Below, in pieces: positions 13,795-28,318 of a stretch of 64,000 bases of DNA. How positions within the stretch are numbered: the first letter of the stretch is position 1; each line of letters starts with the position of its first letter. The notes under the pieces were generated by a model. That model was given only the letters and a program-made list of their open reading frames with translations, was not told where the DNA came from and did no database searches. Source of the stretch: the human T2T-CHM13v2.0 reference genome, Homo sapiens. The stretch lies in assembly GCF_009914755.1 (NCBI RefSeq), contig NC_060928.1; one strand, 5' to 3'. The translations under genes and the position numbers were made by a program.

Positions 13795-13975
13795 ATTTTG
13801 ATAGCTAACATTTATTAAGCACTTATGGGGTATCTGACACTCTGCCAAAATTTCACAGGCATCATCTCATTCGTTCTTCACCAGACCCCTGTTAGGCTGG
13901 AACTTTGCTTCTCCATTTTGCAGAGGAGACAATTGAGGCAGAGGGAGGTTAGAAAACCTGTAGAGGAGTGGGCCA
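13795..13975 (-). mobile_element. MIR
   Basis: 'atagctaacatttattaagcactta...ccattttgcagaggagacaattgaggcagagggaggtt'. Confidence 0.8.
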
Positions 13976-14037
13976 CGTGCTTGACTAGTGCGATCAGAGT
14001 GCCCTGTGCCAGGACACCACACTGCATTTGGTGTCAT

Positions 14038-14135
14038 GGGTTCATTTATTCAACACATTAAGCACCTACTATGTACTGGGCACTGTCCTAAGTACTGGTG
14101 ATGTATGCAGAGCAAAAGAGTCATAGCTCACCCTG
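14038..14135 (-). mobile_element. L2 3' end
   Basis: 'ttcatttattcaacacattaagcacctactatgtactgggcactgtcctaag'. Confidence 0.75.
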
Positions 14136-14371
14136 AAGAGTGCCCGCTTTCTCATTCTGGACACGGAGATCGGCAAAACTCAAATCATTATAAACAGAGC
14201 TATAATTCAGAATTCCGGCCGGTGTGAATAAGGATGCTCACAGGAAACGCTGAGACTGTGGAGTAAGAGGAACCTTGCCATCCCTTGCAGACATCGGGGC
14301 GGCTGTCTGAAGAAGTAGCACCTCTTGGGTTTTGTGACACTGGACACTCGGAGCAGGTCTCCAAGGCAGGT

Positions 14372-14512
14372 ACTATTATAGATGGGGAAACTGAGGCTCA
14401 GAGAAGCTAAGTGATTGTCCAGGGCCACATAGTTTGCAGGAAGCGGGCCTGCAATTCATAGCCAGCCTTTGTGACTCCAGAGCCTGCACTCTCTACAACG
14501 TAACACTGCCTG
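14372..14512 (-). mobile_element. MIR
   Basis: 'tatagatggggaaactgaggctcagagaagctaagtgattgtccagggccacatag'. Confidence 0.85.
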
Positions 14513-14616
14513 CACTTTTCTTCCTGATGCAATAAAAGTTGTTTGAAATTGTGAGGAATTTCAGAGGGAAAACTGAGCCCAGCCAGTGGCATCTTATCTG
14601 CTAACTCGAATTTTGA

Positions 14617-15087
<471 letters not shown>

Positions 15088-16099
15088 TCCTGCATTCCTT
15101 TTTTAACTTGTTGGTGTTCTACATTTGATTTCATTTAAGGAAGGGTTTCTGCTGCTCAAACATTTTGACAGCTGGTAGCCTAGATAGTCTCTCCTGCTCA
15201 GCGAGTCTGAAAGTTGACCACCCGCAGCCTGCTTCGTCGGCTGAGAATTGGGCCCAAGCACAGCCAACTTTGATGAGTGGAGATAGATCACTCAGACTAT
15301 GTGATCAAATCAAAAAAAGAATTACGGGCTTAACAAAATAAATTGCAATTTGTAGAATTGAAGGCAGCACATGAATGGTTAAAGAAAAATGTCCTATTCC
15401 AAATCCATATTAACTACTGTGCTCCCAGGTCCATGACCGGCACGGGCTGAGGGAGGGGGAATACAACAGGGGCATGGCACATGCTCCCTGCAACCCCACT
15501 CACCTTCCCTGTCCAACCAGAGGCTGCACAGTGCCTCAGGGCATCAGGACTCATGCCCAACTGTAGAGACATAGAAAACAGCACGGAGTGAACATCCATT
15601 GCCAGGGAGGCATGCTTCACTGATAAACGGCCGCCTGGGCTTCTATTGTGGAGAACACTTTGAGATGCCAGCACCGAATGACAGGATCAGTTGAAGGATC
15701 ACATTGCAAGGTCCTGAGTCCAAAATGATGACATTTTCTTAGAAAACCTATCACAAGGGAATGTTGTGGATTTGAGACATTCCTCGTGTTATTGAATTCC
15801 CAGCAAGACCCCCGCTGTGTACAACTCCAGGACACCTTGTGCAACACAGCAGCCTGGTCCTCGGGGCCCTGGAAGATCAAGCTCAAGACTTTTCCACCCC
15901 AAAGTAATAGTGGTGCTTTATTAATAAAAACATAGCAGAAGGTGCAATTTATTTAGAAGACACTAGCCCCAGGCTGTTCTGAGTTCATAACATTTACACA
16001 CACACGCTACAGAAAGTCAGATCGCTAACGGAAATAGTGAAGCTGACTCACAGCATCAGTTTAAATGTGATCACAATAGGATATTATTTTTAAATGAAA

Positions 16100-16495
16100 C
16101 AATTTTTTTCCAGCTTTATTAAAGTAGGATTGGCCAATAAACATTGTATATATTTATGGCATCCAACGTGATGTTTTGATATGTGTACACACTATGAAAT
16201 GATTACCACACTCAAGCTGATTAACCCATCCACCACCTCACACAGTCACCTTTTTTGTGTGTGGTGAGAACACCGAGTTCTACTCTCTTGGCAAATTTCG
16301 AGTACACAAGTCGTTCTTACCAGCTGTTGTCACCATGCTGTACATTAGAGCCCAGGGCCGCCGCCTCCTGTAACTAACAGTTTATAGTGCCCTTTGACTG
16401 GCATCTCCCCTCCACCCAGCCCCTGGCACCCTCCGTTCCACTCTCTGCTTCTATGAGCATGACCTTTTTAGGAACACACATAGGTGGAAGTGCCC
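16100..16495 (-). mobile_element. L1MA-like 3'UTR fragment
   Basis: 'ttgtatatatttatgg...aacgtgatgttttgatatg...caagctgattaac...gtggtgagaaca...tcaccatgctgtacattag'. Confidence 0.85.
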
Positions 16496-17479
16496 AGTCC
16501 GGCCTTCGGATCGCCTCTTCTTCCTCCTGTCGGCAATGGGGGGATGGTCCCCAGTGCCTCCCAGTGCCTTCCCTCCCTGTGGCCCATGAAGAAGAGGAAC
16601 CCCGGCCACTGCACTTTATAAGGCCTGGCTGCCCATGCCTGGGGGAATGAGGGCAGAGAGTAGGGTGACGAGGTGATAGCTCCGGGGTGGGCCACTGTCC
16701 TCTCGTGCCTCCTGAGCTCTCTCTGAACCTGACCCTTAAGAGCATGTTGGAATCCGCTCTCAGCTTGTGTCACTGCTGCTCTGCAGGACTGGGCCTCATC
16801 TCCTCTCCCTCGCCGCTCATCCTCCTTGCTCGGCAGATCATGAACCTTCTTCCCCTGCAAATGTGAATGAAAGGGAATGCCGTGAACCGGTACCTCAGCT
16901 TAATAGATGAACACACTGAGGCCCAGAAAGGTGGAGTACTTCCCCCAGGATCCTTAGGCCTTTAGCAGAGGAGTCAGTATTTCAACCTATCTCTGTCTGA
17001 CTCCAAGCTTGAGCATCTCCCACCATGGACCTTGCCTCCCAGGCGCCGTGGAAGCCTCTGCGTCATGCAGCCTGCAGAGATGGTCAGCAGGGATAACAGG
17101 TGTGCCAGTTGCTTCTCCTCCGGCTGTGCTGCATCCTGGAAGAGTCGGTGCCAATGTCCTGGCCCCTGCTCTTGCAGAACAGCCCATAGCCTCAGAGGCT
17201 TCTTCACAAGTGAGATTGGGTTTTTATTTCCAGCCACATATGTGAAACTAGAAGAAATATCTTGGAAGGTGATGACACGAGGGCCATTGTTCCCAACAAA
17301 TGTGCGAGGATTTCAGAGTGTTTGCTGATTCAGAACACAAGTGCGTTTGCGGGATGGTGGACACATTGAACTGAAAGCTTACAGAGACTGCTGCATTCAG
17401 GAACCCACATCCTTCAGAGACATCTGTGCTGGGCACCTCCTTCCAGAAGCAGATATCCTTTCCCTACTCCGCTGTCTTG

Positions 17480-17840
17480 GCAGGGCGTGCGTTCTCATGC
17501 TCCTGCACCTCTCAGGCTTGGCTTTGCACATGTTCTATCTGAGCATTCTTAAAGAGGGTCCACAGTTTGTTCATTTCAGGGAGGCCGTCCCAAACCATCT
17601 GGACTTGTCCACTCATAGGCCTTCTCCCTCTCTCACTTGCCTGTTTGATTTCAGCACAGCCCCTTTTCATCTCTGATGTTAATGTGTTTTCTTACTTCTT
17701 TATAGAAATTTTTTCCATCCTCAGAAAAAAAATGTGAGCTTTCTGAGACCAATGGTCCTGTGTATATTGTTCTCTGCTGTGTTCCCCTAAATAGTATCTG
17801 GCACATGTAAGCATTTGATCATATGTATGTTATGTTGAAT
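17480..17840 (+). mobile_element. L2 3' fragment
   Basis: 'tgtgagctttctgagacc...ttgttctctgctgtgttcccc...tatctggcacatgtaagcatttg...tgttgaat'. Confidence 0.6.
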
Positions 17841-18168
17841 TAGATATTTGTACTTGGTCCATAGCTTGGGACTTAGTATGTTCAGAAGTTCAGAAAGAAC
17901 AGGGTGGAAGAAATGAGGAGCCATCTGTCCTCTCATTGGGCGGAGATTCTCAAGGGTAGGGACCTTGCCCTTTGCTCATCCTCATCCTCAGATCCCAACA
18001 CAAGACAGTGCCCTTTGCATGGGTGATATATTACCCCATAACATGCTGAGTTTACTGTGAAAATGTATGCGCCAGAGCAATTGAAAGATGAACTTCAATG
18101 CGTCGATCTTAGGAATTCTCCTTAGTTTTTATTTTTAATTATATTCTCTGTAATTCATAGTAGAATTG

Positions 18169-18583
18169 TGTATTAGGCAGTTCTCTCACTGCTATAAAGA
18201 AATACCTGAGACTGGGTAATTTATAAAGAAAAGAAGTTTAATTGGCTCATGGTTCTGCAGGCTGCACAGAAACTGTAGCTGCTTCTGCTTCTGAGGAGGC
18301 CTCAGGAAATTTACAATCATGGTAGAAGGCAAAGCGTTACCAAAGATGTCTTACGTGGCAGGAGCAAGATGAAGGAGGAGAAGTGCTACACACTTTTAAA
18401 CAATCAGATTTCATGAAAACTCATTCACTCACTATCACAAGGACAGCATCTAGGGGTGGTGCTAACCCATTCGTGAGAAGCTGCCCTCATGATCCAATCA
18501 CCTCCCACCATGCCCTGCCTCCAACATTGGGGATTATAATTGAACATGAGATGTGGATGGGGACACAGATCCAAACCATATCA
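18169..18583 (-). mobile_element. MSTA-like solo LTR
   Basis: 'tgtattaggcagttct...ggggacacagatccaaaccatatca'; 5-bp TSD aattg / aagtg. Confidence 0.92.
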
Positions 18584-18599
18584 AAGTGTGTGGTTTTTT

Positions 18600-18729
18600 T
18601 CTTTTTGGGATTGTTTGCTTTTCTAGACAGGGTTGTCTCATTCTGTTTTTTCAGGCTGGAGTGCATTGGCGCAATCGTAGCTCAACTGCAGCCTCCAACT
18701 CCTGGGCTCAAGCAGTCCTCCGGCCTCAG
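18600..18729 (-). mobile_element. AluJ/FLAM-like monomer fragment
   Basis: 'caggctggagtgcattggcgcaatcgtagctcaactgcagcctccaactcctgggctcaagc'. Confidence 0.85.
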
Positions 18730-18852
18730 ACTATATTTTCTTTGTGATTGGCAGGACATGTACCTTTGATTTGCCAATATATTCTTCAAGATAGGGCTAT
18801 GGCTGTTTGCTCACATAGAAGTAAGGAAATGAGACATTTATAAAATGTATCA

Positions 18853-19226
<374 letters not shown>

Positions 19227-19819
19227 AAAGAATATTGGAAAGTGATTACCTGTGTTCTAGATGATAATTCTGTGACGTCCTGGAAAAGAAAGTTGGGAAG
19301 GCTTAACAACATCACAGTGACCTCACTTGGTCATATGTGCACCACCTTCCTGTCTGAGAACCACCTGCACTATTATGGACTTGACCTTTTTATCAACTCA
19401 CTTGAACTGGATTCTTAAAAGTTGTTATGACCAGTGTAAGTAAAAAACAATCTTCAGTTGTCTTACATAGATGGCAACCCTAAACATACATATATATGAA
19501 ACTTACATGGCATCATTAAATTCTAACCTTACACTGTTACCTGCCAAAGTTATGGCCTGAGACCGGGCCTTTCATTGTTTAAAATGGAGATTGACAGGGA
19601 GTAGGAAAGTGTCAAAGACAGGCTAGCTTTAAACTAAGACTTTCTCCTCCATATGATCAAGATGGAAATGCAGGTGGAGAGGGAGGGAGTGGTGTTCTTG
19701 CTCTGCGTTCCACAGGCACCTGGGATCGTCTCATGGGTAGCACAGGTGGTGCACAGCCTACATGCTCAATGACACTGAATGCTGAGGGCCTGCGTGGGCT
19801 GATGCCACCCCGCGAGGTT

Positions 19820-19896
19820 CTCTTCTTCTTTCCTTTTCCCTCTCTTTCCTCTCCTCTCTTCTTTCTTCAGTTTTTTTTTTTTTTTTTTTTTTTTTT
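19820..19896. repeat. Polypyrimidine tract with long poly(T)
   Basis: CT-rich run followed by T run 19871-19896. Confidence 0.85.
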
Positions 19897-19977
19897 GGTG
19901 GTGGGGGGCCCACCTCATAGTTTTGTTCTGAACGTATGTAAAACCACTAACAGAAATATTTTAAAATTCAAGATAAG

Positions 19978-20428
<451 letters not shown>

Positions 20429-20989
20429 TCATGACCATCTGTGGTGCAGTCAGGGTGGGTGCCATGGCAGATATGATGCCCCGTCCTCTCCTTTCAAATC
20501 TCTAGAAGCATCAGGTATCCAGCCTGCCAGGACCTCAGTTGGTTTCTTCCAAGCAGGTGGGCTTTAGAAATGGTCTTCACCTTCAGGTCTTTGGGCCCAA
20601 GAGCTGTACCAAATTGGGACTCAGAAACTCAGATGTCTGCAGGGGAAGGCAGGTGACAAATGAATGAAGAAGGACAATAGGGAGGGACAATAGGGAGTGA
20701 TGGAGACTGTGGCTAGCAAAGAGCTCACCTTGGCACATCATCACTCTGTGGGAAGTGTTCAGGGTGGGGTTTGATGTGGAGCTGGTAGGAGGTGCCCAGC
20801 TCTGTAGATCACTCATGTCTGGGTGACTCTGTGCTAACTTGTCATCCTCTTGGAATCACTTTGCTGCAGAGCATGACTTGGTTGACTGATGGTTTTCAAG
20901 CTGAACTTGATTGGAGTTCCTTTAGCTGCTGCAGCAAGAGTCAGGGAGCATGTGCAGTGGGCACCTCTTACGACCACCCAGTCCTTCAG

Positions 20990-21185
20990 TCTGTTCCTCA
21001 TCACTCTGTATCAGTTTTTTTCAGAGCATATGTCACCATTGGGAATTATCTTTTTCATTTATTTGCTTAGTTCCTTATTTATCTCCACTAAAATGAATGC
21101 ACTATTTCTGGGCTGCCAGATTTCATCACAAAGAATTCATTCAAGAAATATTGGTAGAAGGCATGAATAATTGAATGAATAGTTG
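20990..21185 (+). mobile_element. L2 3' end
   Basis: 'agcatatgtcaccattgggaattatc...ctccactaaaatg...caagaaatattggtagaaggcatgaataattgaatgaat'. Confidence 0.6.
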
Positions 21186-21269
21186 AACATAGTCTGCTTT
21201 TGCAACAGTTATACCTCTTAACTAGTTCCCTTGTTTGGTACATTGATAATCTTTGGATGCTATCCTTTT

Positions 21270-22030
21270 ATTCATGTTTTCTTAAGAGATTTTTATCTTT
21301 GGAAGTGATTTTGAATTTTATCAGAAGCTTTTTGAAAAATTATAAAAATGCTCAGATGTTTAGGTTCCTTGCTCTTCAATTATGGTTAATGACATTATTC
21401 AATTTATCAATAGTGAGCCATCCTGCCTGGAATAAGCCCCATTTATGTTTCATGGTAAAACATGTTTTCTGTTGTTTTTTTTTCCAGCAAATAATAATGA
21501 TAATAATGAAAATATTTAGAATTCACTGCATTTTTTTTTCTGCATGTTAGTTTTTCTTCAAAATGCTTGAAATGTGCTATCTCATGCCGTAGAAACTACC
21601 CCCTATGATGAACTGTTCTTATTTCATCAGAGTAGGAACTTCACAAAATCTATATAAAGTGAGGGCATGTTGCCTAACAATGGATACTTCTCAAAGTTAG
21701 CTATTATTATGATGAGCAAACTTTGTCTGCATCCCTGATTATCTGCATAGAATATAAATGTCTAGATGTCAGCCAACACTCTATCAAAAAACTTTTGAAA
21801 CATACTGTGAAATTGCATTTCAGAATTTATACCACTTGACACGCCACCTGTGGAAATGCCTCTTTGACCGCCTTTTCACCAACTAATTTGTAATCTGATG
21901 GGGCATGGTGGTGGGAAGGTGGTAGCTTATACTTGTTTTAATACGTGTGCCTTTGATTCCCAATAATACTAATAATTTTTTTCAGAGGATTAATGGTCAT
22001 TTGTTCAACCAATGCTTTCTGCATGAATGT
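21270..22030 (-). mobile_element. Old L1M/L1ME fragments
   Basis: 'ttgaattttatcagaagctttt...gagccatcctgcctggaataagcccca' (antisense ORF2) and 'catactgtgaaattgcatttcaga...taatctgatgggg'. Confidence 0.55.
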
Positions 22031-23559
22031 TCGAGTTGGGTACTGAAGGACAAGGGGAGAAAGCTGCTATGCTTCGCCATCTGGGGGAGTTGGTCTGTCT
22101 GGTAGGAGAGAAGGGTAGAAATGGACCCCTCTCACTCTCTCTGCAGCATATTTAGGCCCACGGCCCACATGGAATCCTGGTGATCCATGGGGTGGTGATG
22201 CCACACTCCCTCTTTAGGCAGGATTTCAAGAGGCAGATAAAGGAGGAAGGCGGCACCTGGCAGACGGCTAGACTTGCACAAAGGTCTGGGAGCTTGGCCT
22301 TCATGCTCTACTGCATCCAAACATTGTGTCCTCATGTCACATTTCGGTGGCACTGGTTGTGTGGCAGTCACAATGGCAGTTCTTTGTGTCAGGCTGACTT
22401 AAAATCCCTGCTGCGCACAGTGTTTATACAGAGGTGGCTGATCCTGTCTTTCCTTCCTAATTATGTACTTTTGTATGAGGTGCAGTGAAAGGAAACATCA
22501 GCCTAAGCCACTCTGACAATTTCCATTTTGTCCACACCCTTCAGGTCTGTACTGAAGGTAATGAGATTTCTGATGAAGCACAACTCATTCCCAGGTTTTG
22601 CATGTGGAGGTTAATCTCGGGGAGTCCTAGGCATTACAGAGATCCTTTACAGGACATTATAAAGCAGATTGGTGACCGAGGCTGCCCTTCTCAGCCACAA
22701 TTCCAGCTAAAGGTACACATAAAATGAGTATTACTTTAATTGAACATGCACGGTGGTTGTTTGTACAGAAGCAAGCCAAGCAAGGCAGGCTTGTGCATCA
22801 ACATTGTGCAGAAAGTAGAAGGACTAATAAGGTGTAGCCAGGAGTGGTACTGCAGGACCACAGGGACCTATTGTAATGAATATGTTAAGTGCTTGTCATT
22901 AGCATATCTTTGTTGCTATGTGACCATGAATTCCTGAATATTTGAAAACCTATTGGTGCCTTATGTGGCTTTGAACTGTTGCCTTCAATCTTGCTTACAT
23001 TATAAATCAGCTTTGTGAATGCTGTTTTTTTTTTTTTGCATCTCTGAATCACTGCATGTTCCACATTAGTGAAGCCCACCTTGATAAGATTGTATTCTAT
23101 GTCTTTAAATTAAATTTTCTTTTCACTTCTCTTTGGTTTTCTAATTTGACTAAGGTTTAAAATGTTATTAAGTTAGTTAACCTCACTTTGTGCTTCATAA
23201 ACTCTGGCCTTTTTGTAGCCTCCAACACCAGATGGTTTCTTATAATTGTCCAGGTCTTTAAATGTGCTGTACATTTTCCTAAATGTTCTCCCACCCCCGC
23301 CCACCTGGTGAACCCCCACTTACGCCACAAAACCCTGCCCTCTGCTCGTCTGTGAAGCCTTCCCCACTCCCACCTGAGGAATGCCATTTTTGAATTGAGT
23401 GATTGAGGGAAATACTGCTTTTCCTGGGGAACTAGAATGCTTCATACTTTCTGATAATGAATATGTTTGTGTCTGGCTGTGTCAGTCTTCTTCCCTCTGG
23501 TTGAATGGAAGCTCAGGGCTAAACCACTTTAGCGAGGTCATGAGGTGCTGTAGGAACAA

Positions 23560-23720
23560 AGGCCCCACCACAGGCAGCCTGAATGTGACTCTGGGGTCAC
23601 TAGCTGCCAGGCCTCAGACAATCTGTTAAGTCTCAGTTTCATCATCTGTCAAATGGGAATAACGTCTAGTTCTTACACTCAAAATGTGTGTTATTGAATC
23701 AAGCAATGCCCAATTACTCT
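23560..23720 (+). mobile_element. MIR fragment
   Basis: 'tctcagtttcatcatctgtcaaatgggaataac'. Confidence 0.7.
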
Positions 23721-24299
23721 TAACAGGTTGAAGTATCTCAGTATATACACTGCCTGCTTTGTTTTTGATCTGCACTCTTCTGCTCTTTTTTTTTTTTTTT
23801 AATTGCCTTGCTCTCTACTTGACATTATAATTCCTTGGTCCAAAATCTCTATTCTTATTTTTATCCTCATTTTGTTTTCTATATTTACAGTGTAAGCCAC
23901 CTAAAGTCATTTGCTGAACTGGCCGAGATATACTGAAATAAGTGACTCTATTTTTAAAATGGTGTTGAAAGTCCCCAATGTTGTTTGCCAGGGAGTCGTG
24001 GCTCCCAGTTCCTCCCACATGCTCCCCTTCTCCTCCAGGTCCAGGACAGTAGAGCAGGCCCACAGGGATCGTGCGGCAGATGGGAGGGAGAGCACGGCTT
24101 TATTAGTATATTGGCAAAACTCTCATGCCTCATTGCACTGTTCTGCCAAAAGCAGGTTTGAAAAACTAGGCTTAGGCTCAAGGCCAAAATGGAAACTTCT
24201 TCCTCCAGCTTAAATCTAGTTGCAGGGATCCAGGGACCCAGATGTAGCTATAGAGACAGGAAAAGTCATGGCAAGTGGCCACTGAATGTACTCACCCAA

Positions 24300-24470
24300 A
24301 CAGATTTCACCAAGCATCACATCAATGGGGAAGCCTTACAGACTCCAGGTCATGGGTCCCCATTCCTCAGGTTTCCATTAATCTGTGACTAAGGTTCAGG
24401 CATCAGTACTTGGAAAGCTCCCCAGATGGTTCCATGATGTAGCCAGGGTTGAAACCTTGAAGCCACTGAG
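24300..24470. mobile_element. MER5-like hAT-Charlie MITE remnant
   Basis: 'ggttcaggcatcagtacttggaaagctccccagatggttccatgatgtagccagggttgaaacc'. Confidence 0.55.
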
Positions 24471-25097
24471 CCCCTCAACAGACAGGTGGTACTTATTGGA
24501 TGGGCGGAGGAAGCAGAGGCCAGGCCTCTCAGAACCCTGTAAATGAAGAAATAGCTGGCAAGAAAATGCAGCAACAAATGGATTTTTAAAGCAGTTGCCC
24601 CACTCAATAGTAAAACATGGCTCAGCAATGGAAAGTCAGGCTCTGATCAGTTGAATGGGTCTCTCTTCCTTTGTTTTGGGAGATGTGAGTGAATGAGAAG
24701 GAGAGAGATCAATTATGTTCTTAGCAATATTCTGGAGTGAGGAGGGGCAAAGGATCTCTCCTGTGCCGAAAGTCAGTGTTGCTCACAGACAGTCCTGTGT
24801 CCTTGTCCCTTCTCCTGTTTCTGGGGGTGTAGTGAGCATCCTGCAGCCCCATTTGCCCTGGGAGACCTCAGCCCTGCAGGTTTCCATGGGGCCGGACAGG
24901 TTCGCGCAGGACTGCCACAGTATAGGCACAACCGTGGAAGCTTCCAGCTCAGCGTCTTGCTTCAGGAAATGTTTCTTTTGATATCCATACTCAGATCAGT
25001 GATTGAGGGATGAGTTGCACTCCCCAGCTAATTGTATCCCACTCTGAAAGAAAGGAGAAGAGCAGAAAAAGGAAGCAAAGTGCTCCGGTTCAGGACA

Positions 25098-26285
25098 TGT
25101 ATTAGTTTGTTCTCACACTGCTATAAGGAGCTACCTGAGACTGGGTCATTTATAAAGGAAAGAAGTTTAATTGACTCACAGTTACACATGGCTGGGGAGG
25201 CATCGGGAAACTTACAATCGTGGCAGAAGGTGAAGGGGGAGCAAGGCACATCTTACATGGTGGCAGTAGGAGAGAGAGCCAAACACTTTTAAACCATCAG
25301 ATCTCCTAAGAACTCACTCACTGTCTCGAGAATAGAATGGGGTAAACTGGTCCCATGATCAGATCACCTCCTCCCACCAGGTCCCTTTGTCGAAACGTGG
25401 GGATTACAATTTGAGATGATATTTGGGTGGGGTCACAGAGCCAAACCATATCATTCTGGCCCTGGCCCCTCCCAAATCTTATGTTTTTCTCACATTTCAA
25501 AACACAATCACGCCTTCCCAACAGTCCCCCAAAGTCTTAACTCATTCCAGCATTAACCCAAAAGTCCAAATCCAAAGTCTCATCTGAGACAAGGCAAGTC
25601 CCTTCTGTCTATGAGCCTGTAAAATCAAAAGCAAGTTAGTTACTTCCAAGATACAATGAGGGTACAGGCATTAGGTAGATGTTCCTGTTCCAAGTAGGAG
25701 AAAATGGCCAAAACAAAGGGGCAACAGGCATGCAAGTCTGAAACCCAGCAGGGCAACCATTAAATCTTAAAGCTCCAACATAGTCTCCTTTCACTCTGTG
25801 TCTCACATCCAAGGCATGCTGTTACAAAGGTTGGGCTCCCAAGGCCTTGGGCCGCTCTGCCCCTGTGGCTTTTGAGGGTGTAGTCCCCATGTGACCCCAC
25901 CCAAATATCATGGCTGCTTTCACAGGCTGGTGTTGAGTGCCTGCAGCTTTTCCAGGTGCACAGTGCTGGCTGTCAGTGGATCTACCATTCTGGAGGAAAG
26001 TGGCCCTTTCTCACAGCTCCGCTCGGCAGTGCCCCAGTGGGGACTCTGTGAGAGGGTCTCAACCCCATGTTTCTTCTCTGCATTGATTGCCCTAGTAGAG
26101 GTTCTCCATGAGGGCTCCACCACTGCAGCAGACTTCTTTCTGGACACCCAGGCATTTCCATACATCCTCTGAAATCTAGAGAGAGGTTCCCAAATCTCAA
26201 CTCTTATCTTCTGCACACCCACAGGCCCAATGCCACATATAAGCTACCAAAGCTTGGGGCTGGCACCCTCTAAAGCTGCATGGCA
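25098..26285 (-). mobile_element. Truncated THE1/MSTA-like provirus: one LTR (25098-25453) plus part of the internal region
   Basis: 'tgtattagtttgttctcac...ccaaaccatatca' followed by internal sequence homologous to 1004-1810; no second LTR. Confidence 0.9.
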
Positions 26286-26509
26286 GCCCCAGGTGTCATT
26301 GGTTCCATCCCCTCATGTCTGTAATTTCAGGAGTACCCTCTGGGAACTTTGGGTAAAATGTAACTATTGATGTGCATCTTGGAAGTGGATGACTGGGCAT
26401 GGTGCCACATAAACATGGTGGGTGTCAACAGAAATAGCTTATTTATTAATATTAACCTCAGCTTAGAACACCTCCTGTGGGCAACAATACCTTGGTTTGG
26501 GAAGCAAAT

Positions 26510-26740
26510 TCACAGTGTGGAATTATGGAAAGGGCTTGGATGTTGCCAGATGGGAAACCTGAAATGAAATCCCAGCTCTTCATCTTGGAAGCTTTGTGAT
26601 CTTGGGCAAGTTAACCAACCTCTCTGGCTTCAATTTCACTCTTCTCTAAAAAGATGAAGGTATTTCTTGTTGCTGTAATGAGTAAATAAAATAATGTATA
26701 AATAGTGCAGCCTACTTAGGACACAAGTGCTTAACAAAAG
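26510..26740 (+). mobile_element. MIR
   Basis: 'aaatcccagctc...tgtgatcttgggcaagttaaccaacctctctggcttcaatttc'. Confidence 0.8.
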
Positions 26741-26899
26741 AGCATCCCCCATCTCATCTTTCTCAAATGCACCTTTTTAGATTTTCTTTTGATGATTTCC
26801 CTCCAGAGGAATTAAATTACTGAAATTTTTGTTTCTGACGTTCATTCATTCATCTTCTCATTCATTCATTTAATAAACAATTTTTGCCCGTTCTATTCC

Positions 26900-27210
26900 C
26901 CTTCCCTCAAATGCAGCTCTGTCCCCTCCACACCCACTGTAGCTGTGTCTCCTTTACATGTCTCTTTTTTCAAAAAGCAGCTGACCACCCATTTCCTGGC
27001 CCCACCCCTCCCACATTCTTCCAGCACATGCTCCTGTCTCCCTTGTAGTGCTGAGCACTGCTGTGACTGTACAGGGGTTGGGCCCTGCTTTTGATTAGTG
27101 CCTGTTTCTTATTGTGAGTTCCAAGAGGACATGTTCCTTTTACTCTGTTATGTCCTCAGTGCCTACCATACTGCCTGATACGGCGCACAGTACTCAATCA
27201 TTATTCACTG
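26900..27210 (+). mobile_element. L2 3' fragment
   Basis: 'ttgtgagttccaagaggac...ctctgttatgtcctcagtgcctaccatactgcctgatac...tactcaat'. Confidence 0.65.
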
Positions 27211-27239
27211 CAACCTAGAAGTTCTCCTTCCTAATTTTG

Positions 27240-27693
27240 TTGTCATTCCTAATTTTTCTATTCCAACCCAAATGCCTCAGATCATTCCTTTGCTTCCGTG
27301 TGCTCACCTCCCCCAGCTTCGTTATGCTTCACCTCCAAGAGCGATCACTTAAACCTACTTCAGGGGCCCGCCCTTGCACTCCTGCAGAGATGCAAGTGCC
27401 TGGGAATTCACACACCCCTCCCAGGTGGCCCCATAGCCAGTGACTGGTGGGCCCAGAACTGTGAGAGCCCAGCTGTCTTGCATTGAGGTACGAAGTCATA
27501 ATGCATTCTCCATAGCACAAAGTCATAATGCATTCTCCAGAGCACCTGGTTTGATCAGGCTGAGGCTGGGTCTTGCTTGACACCACACTGTAGCTTCTTT
27601 TCCCTGCTGGTCTTCAGGAAGCACTCCTTAATAAATTGCTTGCAGATGAAGCCTCATCTCAAAGTCTGCATCTGGAAGAACTCAACTAAGAAA
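27240..27693 (+). mobile_element. LTR16-like ERVL solo LTR
   Basis: 3' end 'gcactccttaataaattgcttgcagatgaagcctcatctcaaagtctgcatctggaagaactcaactaaga'; 'gtgcctgggaattcaca'. Confidence 0.7.
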
Positions 27694-27834
27694 GCTGCAC
27701 TTTCGAAAGAGCAGAATCGTGGGTAGAATTGTATTAATAGATCTCTCGAGCTGGCTGGAGTCCTACAGGTTAACTAGAGATCTCCATGATTCATTTATTG
27801 AACATGTGTTCTGTGCTGGGACTGTGCTGGGCTG

Positions 27835-27918
27835 CAGATGGGGAAACTGAGGCTCAGATAAGGGAAGTGGTTTGTCTGGGGTCACAGAACATGTGAGGGA
27901 CAGTGACAAGACAACAGA
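27835..27918 (-). mobile_element. MIR core fragment
   Basis: 'cagatggggaaactgaggctcagataagggaagtggtttgtctggggtcacag'. Confidence 0.8.
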
Positions 27919-27929
27919 GTGTCCTGGGG

Positions 27930-28318
27930 TTTTTTGTTTGTTTGTTTTTGTTTTTTAGTTTTTTTTTGTTTGTTTTTGTTTTTTAGGTTTTTTTGTTTTG
28001 TTTTGTTTTGTTTTGTTTTGTTTTGTTTTGTTTTGTTTTGAGACAGAGTCTCACTCTGTTACCCAGGCTGGAGAGCAATGGCATGATCTCGACTCACTGC
28101 AATCTCCGCCTCCTGAGTTCAAGTGATTCTTCTGCCTTAGCCTCCTGAGTAGCTGGGACTACAGGTGGCTGCCACCACACCTGGCTAATTTTTGTATTTT
28201 TAGTAGAAATGGGGTTTCACCATATTGGCCAGGCTGGTCTTGAACTCCTGACCTTGTGATCCGCCCGCCTCAGCCTCCCAAAGTGCTGTGATTACAGGTG
28301 TGAGCCACTGCTCCCGGC
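27930..28318 (-). mobile_element. AluS with ~110-bp (GTTTT)n-type tail
   Basis: Antisense Alu; TSD gtgtcctggg(g)tttt on both sides. Confidence 0.95.
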
